Shown here: positions 1 through 11,300 of the stretch, piece by piece
Position numbering within the stretch: position 1 is the first letter of the stretch
Layout of the letters: every line of letters starts with the position of its first letter
IMG/VR virus record: IMGVR_UViG_3300042879_002674
Coordinates: 1 to 56,755 of that record
DNA length: 56,755 nucleotides
DNA from: a virus
Lineage: Duplodnaviria > Caudoviricetes
Strand: one strand, 5' to 3'
Made by a program: the position numbers and the translations under genes
Notes under the pieces: generated by a model
Told to the model about the DNA's origin: nothing
Seen by the model: only the letters and a program-made list of their open reading frames with translations
Database searches by the model: none

Positions 1-2
1 TA

Positions 3-1112
3 TTAGGCAAGTGTTATCTCTTTAATTACTTCTTTTTTAGCTAAGTCGTTTATACGATAAATTAAACAAGGCATTAATTGTGGAATTAACTCAGGACATT
101 TATCACTAAAATGTGTTAGTAATGATTCAAATGCCGGAACATATCCTCTATATTGTATTTTTATACCTAATTTTTTAGTATCTAATACTTTTTTAACTAA
201 ATTATAATTTTTATTAGGACTTGTTTTACGTAAATCCATAAACATATTATATAAAGCTATAATATAAGGTTTTGATGTCTCAAACTCACAGTTAGCAATA
301 ATTTCTTTAGCTACCTCCCAATTACCAGTATCAGTACTTTTTAACATTCCATATAAATTTTGGAATATATCAAAATCAATAATTAATCCTTTATTAATAT
401 CTTCATTTACATTTGAATCAAGTACAACTTTTAAATTATGTTTCTTAACATTATCTAATAGATTAATATAAAACTCTAAACTATCAAATGCTTTTTTAGA
501 ACCGTGTGATCCTTCAAGTCTAATTCCTCTATGTATTGTAGCTTTATCTTTAATAGTTTGGAAGGCAGGAATTTTAGAATATATAGTATTATATTCATCT
601 ATTGATACACAATAATGAGTAATATGTTTTTTTCCTTTTACAGTTATATCATTCCATCTATTGTTATGTGGATTAATATGTTTTTTAAATTTAGGATCTT
701 TTACTAAAACATCTATTGGGAATACTAAATAATCAGTTATATGGTTAGTTAAATATGTTCTTGTAAGACTATCCCATACTGTGATATTATGGTAATGATT
801 CTCAATAAATTCCTTATTAATAATCAGAGTATCTAATTTTTCAAGTTTACGAGCAGTAGTTATATTTAACTTATTTTCTTCAATATAATTTTTAAGTTTA
901 TATGAAGGTAACTCAGATAATGGAGTAACATATACTGTACTATCATCAGTTAATTTATTATCTTTTATTTTATTTAAGAAATTTTTAATTTTAGTTTGAT
1001 AATCTTCGGGTATGATTCCTCCTACTAAATTGTAACCTACATTAAATACTTCGATGCGGTAAGGGTGACCAGAATTAACAGTTGTTAAATGTCCTATATT
1101 TTGATTTTTCAT
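3..1112 (-). CDS. Hypothetical protein, third gene of the MoxR/vWA module; possible BRCT-like N-terminal region
   Basis: 369-aa ORF starting 2 nt after the AAA ATPase stop; segment TVYVTPLSELPSYKLKNY...TTARKLEKLDTLII loosely resembles a BRCT beta-alpha pattern (inference). Confidence 0.55.
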   Translation of the reverse strand: MKNQNIGHLTTVNSGHPYRIEVFNVGYNLVGGIIPEDYQTKIKNFLNKIKDNKLTDDSTVYVTPLSELPSYKLKNYIEENKLNITTARKLEKLDTLIINKEFIENHYHNITVWDSLTRTYLTNHITDYLVFPIDVLVKDPKFKKHINPHNNRWNDITVKGKKHITHYCVSIDEYNTIYSKIPAFQTIKDKATIHRGIRLEGSHGSKKAFDSLEFYINLLDNVKKHNLKVVLDSNVNEDINKGLIIDFDIFQNLYGMLKSTDTGNWEVAKEIIANCEFETSKPYIIALYNMFMDLRKTSPNKNYNLVKKVLDTKKLGIKIQYRGYVPAFESLLTHFSDKCPELIPQLMPCLIYRINDLAKKEVIKEITLA

Positions 1113-1114
1113 AA

Positions 1115-2308
1115 TTACTTAGTTAAAAATTGAATTAAAGTTTTATTTAACATTAATGATTTGAAAGCTGATGGATTGTTATTATAAGTTGTTTTTATAA
1201 TTTTATATTTTAAATCCATAGCAAACAACTCTTCATTCATTAAAAACGCTAAACGATCAATATATGGTTTCTCAACTTTATTATTCTTAGCATAATATGA
1301 ACTAAAGTTAACAATACGAGTTGCTAAAATTGATGCTAAATCTGCTCTATACTTATCGCCCTTACCAATAATACCTTTTAAAGTATTCAAAACATACTCC
1401 TCACTATCATGAGTCATAATAGTTTCTGGTGAGATAATTTTATCTAGTTTATTATTAATAAACATTGTAAACATAGTTGTGAACTCAGGTCCAACACTAC
1501 CCTCACCTATCATTTGAATTAAACCTAACTCACTATCAAATGAATTTAATGATGAGATTGAATTAAAGAATGTTGTAATACTTCTTGAGTTAGTATTTGT
1601 AGATACTAATTCTGGGTGTTTAAGTAAGAAGTTAATACATCTACTATCTATTGTAGCATCTTCAGCCCACTCACTCCAACAATTAATATCAAATTTAAGA
1701 TTAACTGTAATAAATCGTGTTTTTTGGGCGTTATCAATACTATTAACTAAATAGTCTCCATTATCAGGGTTACTTGTTAAAATAATATGCCAATCTTTAG
1801 GTAATGTCCAACTAATATATTGTTGTCTATCAATTAACTCCATAACAGCTTGAATAAACCTAACATCAGCGCGATTCCAGTCATCTAATAATAAAATACC
1901 TCCATTAGTTTTACCACTAATCCATTCAGGTGGACAGTAACTCATACGATTTAGACCTGTAAATTTGTAACCTTGTTTAGTGTACTCTTCTACTGCATGT
2001 TCATCAATCCATAAACAGTCATTATCAGTTTTACATACTTCAAATTGGCGAATTGGAAAACCTACTAAGTCACCTAGCTCCTCAATTTGAGCTAAGTTTA
2101 ACTTAACAAAGTTTAGATCCGTTTCTTTGGCTAATTGTAAAATTGTTGATGTTTTACCAATACCAGAGTCACCAACTACCTCAACGGCTACAGGCAGTTT
2201 ACCTTGTGCTTGTAAATAACGATTGTTATTTATGATGTGTTTTAAGAATTGTTTTGCCTCTTTAATGTTTAGAGACACTTCAGTGTGTTTTGTTTTTTGT
2301 TTTGCCAT
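1115..2308 (-). CDS. MoxR-like AAA+ ATPase
   Basis: Walker A GDSGIGKT, Walker B ILLLDDWNR, sensor ILTSNP, Arg finger KTRF; adjacent to a vWA gene. Confidence 0.85.
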   Translation of the reverse strand: MAKQKTKHTEVSLNIKEAKQFLKHIINNNRYLQAQGKLPVAVEVVGDSGIGKTSTILQLAKETDLNFVKLNLAQIEELGDLVGFPIRQFEVCKTDNDCLWIDEHAVEEYTKQGYKFTGLNRMSYCPPEWISGKTNGGILLLDDWNRADVRFIQAVMELIDRQQYISWTLPKDWHIILTSNPDNGDYLVNSIDNAQKTRFITVNLKFDINCWSEWAEDATIDSRCINFLLKHPELVSTNTNSRSITTFFNSISSLNSFDSELGLIQMIGEGSVGPEFTTMFTMFINNKLDKIISPETIMTHDSEEYVLNTLKGIIGKGDKYRADLASILATRIVNFSSYYAKNNKVEKPYIDRLAFLMNEELFAMDLKYKIIKTTYNNNPSAFKSLMLNKTLIQFLTK

Positions 2309-2327
2309 AACCTTTATTTATTTTAAT

Positions 2328-2360
2328 TAAATATAACATTTATATCTTAAGAAGCCAAAC
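2328..2360 (-). promoter_or_regulatory. Early/host-type promoter (GTTTGGC-N14-ATGTTATATTTA)
   Basis: 33-bp motif upstream of the AAA ATPase. Confidence 0.75.
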
Positions 2361-3540
2361 TTATTTTAATTGTGTGGCCCCATCCATTTTCTTTTACTGA
2401 TTCTACATCATCGCCACTTGAACATATAACCATCATCATTGGTTTAAGTGTCTTAACTGTATTTTCGCCTATATGGCCATCAGTTAATATGATTAAGCTA
2501 TTAAACTCCCTATGCTCGTTAAAATATGTAATAAATGGATTCATATCAGTGCCACCTCTACCTGTTATTTGGTTAGGCATATCACCTTTATATTCATATA
2601 TATTAGTAATACTAGCGTCACCTTCAGCTATAGTGATTGATACACCAGTTTTATACATGTGATTAATTTCATTAAAAAACTCAATCAAATCTTCATTACT
2701 AACTGAGCCTGATGTGTCAACTCCTATTAATATTTTCTTTTTAGTTTTGATTTTTAATGCTGGGTTTTCTTGGAAACGTTTATTTAGCTTACGTCTTGTT
2801 TTTTTAGTATATGTTTTTGATGATGTACCACAGAATCGTCTAAAATATGACTTCCAATCATATGAAGGTTCTGTTTCTTCAAACATATTATCAATCCAAC
2901 TTTGTAATTCTGCGGGTATAAATCCTCTACCTTTATCATTTTGTGAATTAACAATATCTTTAATTTGGTGTTCAATTTGTGCTTTAGCTAATTTAGCATC
3001 AGCTTCACTCATTCCATCAAATTCTTTCCATGTTGGATGTAAACCACCATCCATTTCTGTTAAGTTGTCCATTAATTCTTGTAATGATGGGCATGTACCT
3101 TTGTCTAATGCTTGTTGTAACAACCCATAATACACTTTAGTACCAGCTTTTTCAGGTAGATTTAATTCGGGAAATGATGATAATAATATAATATCAGGAG
3201 TTGGATAATACTCTGGTGTTAGATATTGGTTAATTTCTAAATCCGCAGCTATATTATGTAGTTCTTGATTAGGAAACCACTCTCTATCTTCTAAGTGGTT
3301 AAAACATATATGAAGTAGCTCATGTTTTAATAGACCTATCTTCTTTTTGTCATTATCTAATGAGTTCCAAAATTCCTCATTGATAGCTAGTTGATAATTA
3401 ATATTATTTTTAGAAACTCCAGCAGTAGGTAAATCTTTTCTTACAACTTTATTAAGAGTTGACATGAATATACCGTAGAATGGTTCACTAAACATTAATT
3501 GTTTGCCTATTCTTGATAGGTCTTCTTGTAAATTTACCAT
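2347..3540 (-). CDS. Metallopeptidase-like plus vWA domain protein (DUF2201-type)
   Basis: HELLH (HExxH) and NIAADLEINQ in the N-terminal part; MIDAS DTSGS, GRGGTD and ILTDG in the C-terminal part. Confidence 0.85.
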   Translation of the reverse strand: MVNLQEDLSRIGKQLMFSEPFYGIFMSTLNKVVRKDLPTAGVSKNNINYQLAINEEFWNSLDNDKKKIGLLKHELLHICFNHLEDREWFPNQELHNIAADLEINQYLTPEYYPTPDIILLSSFPELNLPEKAGTKVYYGLLQQALDKGTCPSLQELMDNLTEMDGGLHPTWKEFDGMSEADAKLAKAQIEHQIKDIVNSQNDKGRGFIPAELQSWIDNMFEETEPSYDWKSYFRRFCGTSSKTYTKKTRRKLNKRFQENPALKIKTKKKILIGVDTSGSVSNEDLIEFFNEINHMYKTGVSITIAEGDASITNIYEYKGDMPNQITGRGGTDMNPFITYFNEHREFNSLIILTDGHIGENTVKTLKPMMMVICSSGDDVESVKENGWGHTIKISLAS

Positions 3541-3559
3541 AAGTATTTGTAATTATGGC

Positions 3560-3592
3560 TAAATATAACAAAAGGGTCCGGCAAAGCCAAAC
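3560..3592 (-). promoter_or_regulatory. Early/host-type promoter
   Basis: 33-bp motif upstream of the vWA gene. Confidence 0.7.
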
Positions 3593-3620
3593 CCTTCATG
3601 TCAAATGTTATGTATAGTCT

Positions 3621-4901
3621 TTATAAGAGCGACTCAGCTACATATATTCCTTGTGCTCCACTTACTGTAATTCCACGAGCAGATAAAGCATCTCCTACAA
3701 AATGTACATTAGGATAATCTACTAATGCTAAATTTTTATAGTCTACTAATGGTTCAGGACTTAAATACTTAACTTCAGGTATATACATTCCCCAATCATT
3801 ACCAAACTCAAATACTTTATTCATTTGGTCAATAAAGTTAATAATATAATCAGCGTATTCACCCATTGCTTCTTTGAATTGATTTAGATTACCAACTTGA
3901 ACTGTGTTAATACTTTCACCCTCAGATGTTTGTGATGGTGTACGAGATGGACTATAATATAATCCAATATTTCTAAATTGTAATTTACTTACTACTTCTC
4001 TTGACCATTCAAATGGATTTTCAATACCTTTAATTTCCATTAATATACCAAAGTTGGTCATGTCATTTCTAAATTCTTCACCTTTCTTAGCATGACCATT
4101 ATAACTAATATCACCATATGTTTTTTCCACTGCTACATAAGCTGCGTTATTGTTAGTACAAAATGAGCGTAATGATACATTATTGAATTTTTGATATAGT
4201 TTAAAATCATAACTAATATCAATTAAACGTTGGAAATATTTTTGTGGTGCTTCAAAACGTACTCCAATTTGTACTGATTTTGGTTCTGTAGGTAATTGGT
4301 AATTATCTGCTAATTTTTTACCAAAGTCAATACCTGATTTGCCTACGGCAAATATTAATTCATCATATGATATTACTTCTAAACTATCCTTAATATCAAT
4401 ATACTCAGTTTTAAAATCAATAGATGATACTTCAGTATTCCATTTAAATTTTACACCTTTATCAACTAAATATGAGTACCATGTTTTAGCAATTTCATGT
4501 AGATAATTTGAACCAATATGCCATACTGGGAATAAACGTAACCCAAAATATGGTTTAATGAAATCAGGTTCTGCTTGTGGGTCAGAGCAAAATATTTCTT
4601 CTGGTTTAGGGTGAAAACGTCTAAAGTTACTAATAACTTGATCCATTAATTCCATTGCTTTTTCTTCACCACAATACTTTGATAATACACCTCCGATAGC
4701 AGTGTGATATGTTAATTTACCATCTGACCATCCACCAGCACCTAACATACCTGTCATTACCTCTTCAGGTAAACGATTATGTGGGTCATTTCCTTTGTCT
4801 ATAATGGTGATTAATTCACCTGGGTAGCCGTTATCGACTAATTTAGTAGCTGCGTTTATACCCGCTACTCCCGCACCTATAATTACTATTTTCTTATTCA
4901 T
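3621..4901 (-). CDS. FAD/NAD(P)-dependent oxidoreductase (uncharacterised FAD dehydrogenase family)
   Basis: Rossmann motif IIGAGVAG, GAGGWSDGKLT, C-terminal HFVGDALSARGI. Confidence 0.85.
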   Translation of the reverse strand: MNKKIVIIGAGVAGINAATKLVDNGYPGELITIIDKGNDPHNRLPEEVMTGMLGAGGWSDGKLTYHTAIGGVLSKYCGEEKAMELMDQVISNFRRFHPKPEEIFCSDPQAEPDFIKPYFGLRLFPVWHIGSNYLHEIAKTWYSYLVDKGVKFKWNTEVSSIDFKTEYIDIKDSLEVISYDELIFAVGKSGIDFGKKLADNYQLPTEPKSVQIGVRFEAPQKYFQRLIDISYDFKLYQKFNNVSLRSFCTNNNAAYVAVEKTYGDISYNGHAKKGEEFRNDMTNFGILMEIKGIENPFEWSREVVSKLQFRNIGLYYSPSRTPSQTSEGESINTVQVGNLNQFKEAMGEYADYIINFIDQMNKVFEFGNDWGMYIPEVKYLSPEPLVDYKNLALVDYPNVHFVGDALSARGITVSGAQGIYVAESLL

Positions 4902-4943
4902 ATAATATTAATATAATAAATTTATTTTAAAAGCCAAACTAAG

Positions 4944-4968
4944 GTGGCCCACCTTTTGGGTGGGCCAC
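4944..4968 (-). terminator. GC-rich hairpin, probable intrinsic terminator
   Basis: GTGGCCCACC / GGTGGGCCAC perfect 10-bp stem downstream of the 903-aa gene. Confidence 0.6.
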
Positions 4969-5019
4969 AGCTCCATAATATTTTTTGTTAAGTCGACTGG
5001 CTATGAATCAGTCTATAAA

Positions 5020-7731
5020 TTATTTATTTAGTTTGCTATATTCATTAGCAGCCTGGATAATAGCATTTTTTAAATTTCTTTTTCCTTCAGCACCATTTCT
5101 TAATTTATCACTTAAGTATGGAATTATATCTCGTAAAATCAATTGTATTGCTTCTTCTACAGTATTAATCTTTTGAAGTTGAGATTTAAGTGTAGTATCA
5201 TTTAAAATAGCTTTAACAGTTGCTGATACGTCTTTAGCTTCAGTTTCTTGTATTCTATTTCTTAAGTTAAAGAATACTGATTTTATTTTGTTTTTGTCTT
5301 TCTTATACTCAGGATCTAAGAATTCATTATTTTGATTAAAAATAGCTAAAACTAAATCTCTAAATTCAGCTACAGTATCAATTCTTTTTAATAATGATTT
5401 TATTGAGCTTCTAGAACTAATAGTTTTACTTATACGATCAACATCAGGTTGAGTTTTATTTTTATCTTGTAATTTATCAAAGAATTGAGATTTAGTTTCT
5501 CCTTTCCCTAAGAAAACATAGTTACCTCCTGGTTGAGCTATGAAACCTAATCCTTGTAATTCTTTCTTTTCAGCATCACTAAGTTTAGAAGAATCTAATA
5601 TACTTAAAGTATTATCACCTTCAGCAGCATACATACTACCTAATAATGCTAATAATCTAACTTTACTTGCTTGTATGATATCATCAGTTATTCCTAATTC
5701 TTGGAATACATCATCTACCATTGCTTCATTAAGTATATTAATTAATTTAAACTCAGTTACGGTTTGAGTTTGAGCTCTGGTTGTTGCTCCAGGTTTAGTA
5801 GCGATAGCTTTAGCTCTTGGTTGGAGATCAACATCTAATGATTTAGATATCTTTTTAAGTAAAGTATCAGGTGATTTTCTTATATTAATAATTAATCTAG
5901 CTAATTTTTTAGCCTCGTCTGATGTTGTTATTTCCCCTTGAGCGTTTTTATATTTACCATTAATGATACCAGTTAGGATAGTGTCAGTTAAATTACTAAC
6001 TTTATTATCTCCTAATTGTTTCCATATGTTGCTTTTATCACTTATACGAGCTAATACTAATCCTATTTGAGAGTTTCTGTTAAATTTATTTAAAGCAGAT
6101 ACATCTTGTTTAGTTTGAGCAGGAGTTTGAGTTACTGGTTTAGCAGTTTGGGTAGCAGGTTTTTCTTTTTTGTCGCTTGTAGGTTCTTTTTGTTTATTTT
6201 TAGCATTTGAAGCATTAAAACCTAATTTATCAGGTTCAGCTAAAAATTGAAAATACAATGTTTTTATTGGTTCTCCTCCTTTTTCAGAAGTATCAATATC
6301 ACTTTCAGAACTTTGGAATGATGATTGTGTTTCTAAAAAGTCTTGAGCATTTTGGATTTTTTGATTATCAATCCCATCATGAGTATCTACTTCAACAAAT
6401 GATACATCTACTGCGACACCACTACCATATGTTTTTTCTACAATATCTTGAACTTTTTGAGCAGCTAATTTAGCTACTTTTTCAGATGAGTTAAGACGTT
6501 GGTCTAATAAATCACCTCCATCATTAGATACATTACTATCATCTCCTTGATTGTGAGATACAGCAGCTCCGTATTTTATCTTTATAGAGATTTTAGTTAA
6601 ATTCTTACCTTTATTAGCTTCAAGCTGGTCATTTAAATCATCTATAGTTTTTTCAGCTAATTCATTAGCTGATTTGTCTACACCTGCAGCGTCTAATGTA
6701 CCTTCACCTGTTTCATAAGTTTGAGTTGTAGCAGTGTTATCTGTTACTTCTAAACCTTGAGTATCTACATTATTTTGATCTAAACCTCTAACAACTTCTG
6801 AGTCATCAATTTCAGCGTTATATGGTGTTCCGGATGTTGGGAGATTTTGGTCTATTTCTATGCCATCTCCACTACTAAGTTGATCAGCTGCTTGGCTAGC
6901 ATCATCTGTTAAGTCTATAACTCCTTGGTCATTAGATAAAGCTAATGCTCCATTAGGACCATATATTCCTAAAGCGTCACCAAATGTAGCGCCAGTTGCT
7001 CCACCTAATACAGATAAAATTCCTAATATAGATAATCCTGCTCCTAAACCTAACTTATTTGCTTTTCTAAAGAAATTTAATAATCCAGTTCCAAAATTAC
7101 CTTTTTTAGCTAAATATTTTACTTCATCAGTTGCTGATATTTGAGCTCCTCTTCCACCTTCCCAATCTTCTTCTGGTTGGACTATATATTCAGTGTTAGG
7201 TTTTAGTCCATACTTTTGTTTAGCAGCGTTAATTGTTATAAGTTCATTATTCCATTTAACTTTAGGATTTTCTTCTCCTTTCCAAACAAATGTATCACCA
7301 GGTTTTAAATTCTTTAATTGATTTAAATCTGTAAATTCTTGTGCTTCGGCTTCTTGGAGATTCTTAGCTAAATTTAATGTTTGGATAGCTCTAAATGTAT
7401 CTAAAAATTCTTGAGATGAATCAAAAGCTCCTGGTTTTATGTTAGAGACGTCTTTAATAAGATCTACAGGATTAGTTCCTGTTTTTTTAATGGCGTCTAT
7501 AACTTTTTTAGATACTTGTTGTGTTTTTGAAGATAATTTAGAAAATTTATCTTTAATTTTATTTACTATACCCTTTAAATTAACTTCATTAATTTCTTCT
7601 TTTAGAATACCTTTAGAATAATAGTTATTATATAAGTATACTTCAGTTAATATATTTATAATCTCACTATAATCTTCTTGAGCAGGTTTAATCCCTGCTA
7701 ATTGTTGCATTCTTAGAAATTCTTTATTCAT
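5020..7731 (-). CDS. Large hypothetical protein, probably virion-associated; Gly-rich hydrophobic segment and acidic central domain
   Basis: 903 aa; MQQLAGI N-terminus; LGLGAGLSILGILSVLGGATG hydrophobic stretch; several L/I-x-E sites. Confidence 0.6.
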   Translation of the reverse strand: MNKEFLRMQQLAGIKPAQEDYSEIINILTEVYLYNNYYSKGILKEEINEVNLKGIVNKIKDKFSKLSSKTQQVSKKVIDAIKKTGTNPVDLIKDVSNIKPGAFDSSQEFLDTFRAIQTLNLAKNLQEAEAQEFTDLNQLKNLKPGDTFVWKGEENPKVKWNNELITINAAKQKYGLKPNTEYIVQPEEDWEGGRGAQISATDEVKYLAKKGNFGTGLLNFFRKANKLGLGAGLSILGILSVLGGATGATFGDALGIYGPNGALALSNDQGVIDLTDDASQAADQLSSGDGIEIDQNLPTSGTPYNAEIDDSEVVRGLDQNNVDTQGLEVTDNTATTQTYETGEGTLDAAGVDKSANELAEKTIDDLNDQLEANKGKNLTKISIKIKYGAAVSHNQGDDSNVSNDGGDLLDQRLNSSEKVAKLAAQKVQDIVEKTYGSGVAVDVSFVEVDTHDGIDNQKIQNAQDFLETQSSFQSSESDIDTSEKGGEPIKTLYFQFLAEPDKLGFNASNAKNKQKEPTSDKKEKPATQTAKPVTQTPAQTKQDVSALNKFNRNSQIGLVLARISDKSNIWKQLGDNKVSNLTDTILTGIINGKYKNAQGEITTSDEAKKLARLIINIRKSPDTLLKKISKSLDVDLQPRAKAIATKPGATTRAQTQTVTEFKLINILNEAMVDDVFQELGITDDIIQASKVRLLALLGSMYAAEGDNTLSILDSSKLSDAEKKELQGLGFIAQPGGNYVFLGKGETKSQFFDKLQDKNKTQPDVDRISKTISSRSSIKSLLKRIDTVAEFRDLVLAIFNQNNEFLDPEYKKDKNKIKSVFFNLRNRIQETEAKDVSATVKAILNDTTLKSQLQKINTVEEAIQLILRDIIPYLSDKLRNGAEGKRNLKNAIIQAANEYSKLNK

Positions 7732-7761
7732 AATAATATTTTGAATATTATTTAAAGTTTA

Positions 7762-8283
7762 TTATAAACTTTTTTTCTGATTGTATTGAGACTCAGTGAT
7801 TACACCTGCTAATTTTTGCATTTTAAGAAATGCTTCATTTAACACACCTTCAGGAAGAGCAGGTGATGGGTTTTGTTCAGCTTTTTTTCTTAATTCTTCA
7901 GATTCTTCAGGAGTTAAATTTTCTTCATCAAGATTCATATCTTCATTATAATAACTTCCTTCATCTACTGTGTCTTCAGTAGGTTCATCAGTTACTACTT
8001 TTTTACCTTTGTTTTTCTTTTCTTGAAGTTTTTCTAATTTAGCTTTATTTTTTTCAAGAAGTTTTAAATGTTTTTTAAGTTCATTTAATTTAGCAGGATC
8101 TACTAATTCTTGCATTTCCTCAAGACTTTCAGCGGTCTCAATTTTCTTGTTTACTTTATCAATAGCTTCAGTGTAAGCATTTAATTTAGCTTCCATCGCA
8201 GCGTTTTCTGCCGCGTCCTCAATCTCTTTAAGATTATTACTAATTGATTCTTTTATGATTGAACGTAGTCTGTTAATTTCCAT
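7762..8283 (-). CDS. Coiled-coil hypothetical protein
   Basis: 173 aa; RLRSIIKES N-terminus; FLKMQKLAGVITE near the C-terminus. Confidence 0.65.
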   Translation of the reverse strand: MEINRLRSIIKESISNNLKEIEDAAENAAMEAKLNAYTEAIDKVNKKIETAESLEEMQELVDPAKLNELKKHLKLLEKNKAKLEKLQEKKNKGKKVVTDEPTEDTVDEGSYYNEDMNLDEENLTPEESEELRKKAEQNPSPALPEGVLNEAFLKMQKLAGVITESQYNQKKSL

Positions 8284-8320
8284 TGTTGTTTGTATTTTAT
8301 TATAAATATGTTGTTATTTG

Positions 8321-11300
8321 TTAAACTGTTTTCTTTTCTACTGATTTATTTAATTTAAAGTTTCTAACACCTTTAATTGCTCTAATATCAGTAAATAGTT
8401 GTTGTAAATCTTCATCCTTAAATCCATTAGGATATGGATGTGGGTCTACTTTCATTTTAATTATAGTATAGTAATTAGGATTACTAAATGCAGATGATTC
8501 ACCTGATAAATCATAGTCTTTACTTGATACAATTGTTATACCAGGTAATGAACGTATATCAGATAATATATCTTTTTGTGGGCGATCTTCAGTATTAGTT
8601 AATAATAATCCTTCAATATTATATTGAGTAGATTCTTCTTTAATTATTTTTAAAGTTAACTTACCATTACCTTTAATAACACGATGCCATTCACCTTTAG
8701 GTATAGAGATAGGTTGATTCATAGAAATTGGTAGTTGGTTTTCTAATTGTATTTTCCAATCAGTTTCACCTATAATTTCTACTATTCGGTTTTCATTATC
8801 ACGATGCCATTTTAATTCAATAGGATCAATATTCTCATCAAACTCACGAATAATATGTTCATTAGTTACTTCTAAATCTTTATAAGGTTTAGTTTTAGAT
8901 TTCATTTCTTCTATTTCTTCACGTGTTAATGCTCCCGCTGCTACCCGTATTATATCTTCTGTTTCACGTAAGTTACGAGCTGTTAAAGCATCTATAAAGT
9001 TACCTACTCTACCCATATTAAACGCGCTAGCAGCAGTTATAATAAAATGTCTTGCCTCAGGTTGAAACGACGCTTGTCCTATCATAGTACCACTAGCTAA
9101 ACGAATGATATACATTCTACTTTGACCAGCAGATATAATTCTAGTAACTCGTCCTCTGTCTCCTAATGCTCTATTACGACCCGCTACTCCATTATCATTA
9201 GCTACTAATGTACCTGATAATATTCTACTTCTAAGTGGTGCTGGTAAGGCAGTAAATCCTTGTTCTAAACCTGCTCCAACAATTGCTTGTCGTACAGCAT
9301 CATTTACTTGACCAGTAGTTGCAGGTGGTGTAGCTGCTGCTGCAGTTGCTGTTCTAGGTGTTCTTGTTGTTCCAGTACCCCTAACTGCACCAGCAGGTGG
9401 TCTTGTTCCTAGTATTATAGATACTTTAGCTGGGGTAAGATTAGCTCTAAGTAAATTACCTGTTGATGGGCTAATTTTTCTACTTTCAGATGGGTTATTT
9501 TGGTTTATAATATACCATGTTCCTTCATATTGAGCTGGTTTGTATATGTTATCAGCTGTCAAAGGAGGATTAGCTGCTAAGAATTTTTCTCCAGCATAAT
9601 ATTGAGAACTAGCTAAAGGAAGGAGTTGAGTAGGATCATAAGCTAAATTTTGGGATCTTAAATAATTAAAATATTCAGACCATATTTCTTGATTCGCCAT
9701 TTTTCCACTACCAAATCTTCCATCATCTCTGTAATTAAATGCTACAGAACTTCTATCTAAAGGATTATTTGTATTCCATAAATTAAGTTCATTTCCTGTA
9801 TTACTAGGTATTATTACATAGCTTTCATCTCCTCTTCTTACTATTCTTTTTTCAGCTGGGGTTTGTTTTATTATTGAAACTACAGTTGACATAGGTATTG
9901 TTGGAGGAATGCTATCAAATTTTCCAACTATTCTTACAATACCATCTTGAATACCACTACCTACTGTATCTGATTTTAATATACTTTGAACAGAATCATC
10001 TTCAAATGGTACTGGTGTGTATTCTCCATTTTCAGGTTTATATGCTTTAAAAGTATTTGTATCTAACACTATTTCACCTTCATCAGTATTTGCTGTTATG
10101 ATAGCTGATTTGGAGTCTTCTTCTTTTGATTTATCAATTACTTTAGTAATAGTATCTTTAGGTAAAAGATTATCTTTTGTTAACTTTAATAAAGCATCAA
10201 AAGGCATCTCATCAAATCTAGGTAAACTTCTTAATATACTACTTGTACGAGTGTTTATTTTGACATTAGGATATGTATCTTTTTCAGTAAATAAACCCAT
10301 TGATACATCATCACCACTAAATTTTAGTTTAATTATAGCTTTATCATCATTAGAAACGTAATATCTTTCATTACCAGGAACATCAAGTAATCCACCATTA
10401 ACTACTGCTTTTTTAGCTGAGAAAGGAATACCACGTGATTTTAAAGTTTCTGTAGGTACTTTTGTAAATCTTCTAGCGTTAGCTATAATTGATTTTTGGT
10501 TTTGATTAGAGAAAGAATCAAATTCTTGTAATAAAGTATTGATATCTATCATCCCATAGTTTTTAGCTACTACTGTAGCCATATCTTGATTGTCTGGGAG
10601 GATAGTTTTTACAAATTTTTCATTAGTAATATCATTAAAAAGTTTTTTTCCTTTTCTAATAATAAGATATCGTTCTTTGAAGTCAGGTGGTGCCACTTCC
10701 CATTCTTCAACATTCATAGCATTGTTAGCATATTGACGAGTTGATAATTCAACTTTTCCAATAGGAACATATCTGAATATTCTTTCTAAACCTCGAATTG
10801 ATGGGAAATTTTGTTCAACAAATGAAAATGGTTCCCATCTGTTCCATTCTGTTCCTCTACCACCAACATCATTATTTGATCTATCTGATACTTTATAAGT
10901 ATTATCACTACCTACTACAACAACAAAGAAACTTTTTCTATCACTGTCTGGTAAGTTAGTATCTTTTACTAAATAGAATGTTGGGTTTTTTCTATTAGCA
11001 TCATAACGATAATTACCAAATGAACCTTTAGTAATACACCATTGTTCACCTCGACCAAACTTTAAACAGTTTTCTTCATTATGGCCACTATAGATTATAA
11101 GACCATTTTCATTATAAACAACGTCTGGTATGTTTGATACATCTTCATCATCTTCTTCTTTGCTTGAGCCTTTGTAGGCTGATACAAGTTTTATTAATGA
11201 CTTTAATGGATATTTAGCTAAATCTTTTTCAGTTACTTTAGGATTATTTTTTAATCGAGCATCAAAATAGTCAATATAGTCGCTTAGATTTTTATCTGAG

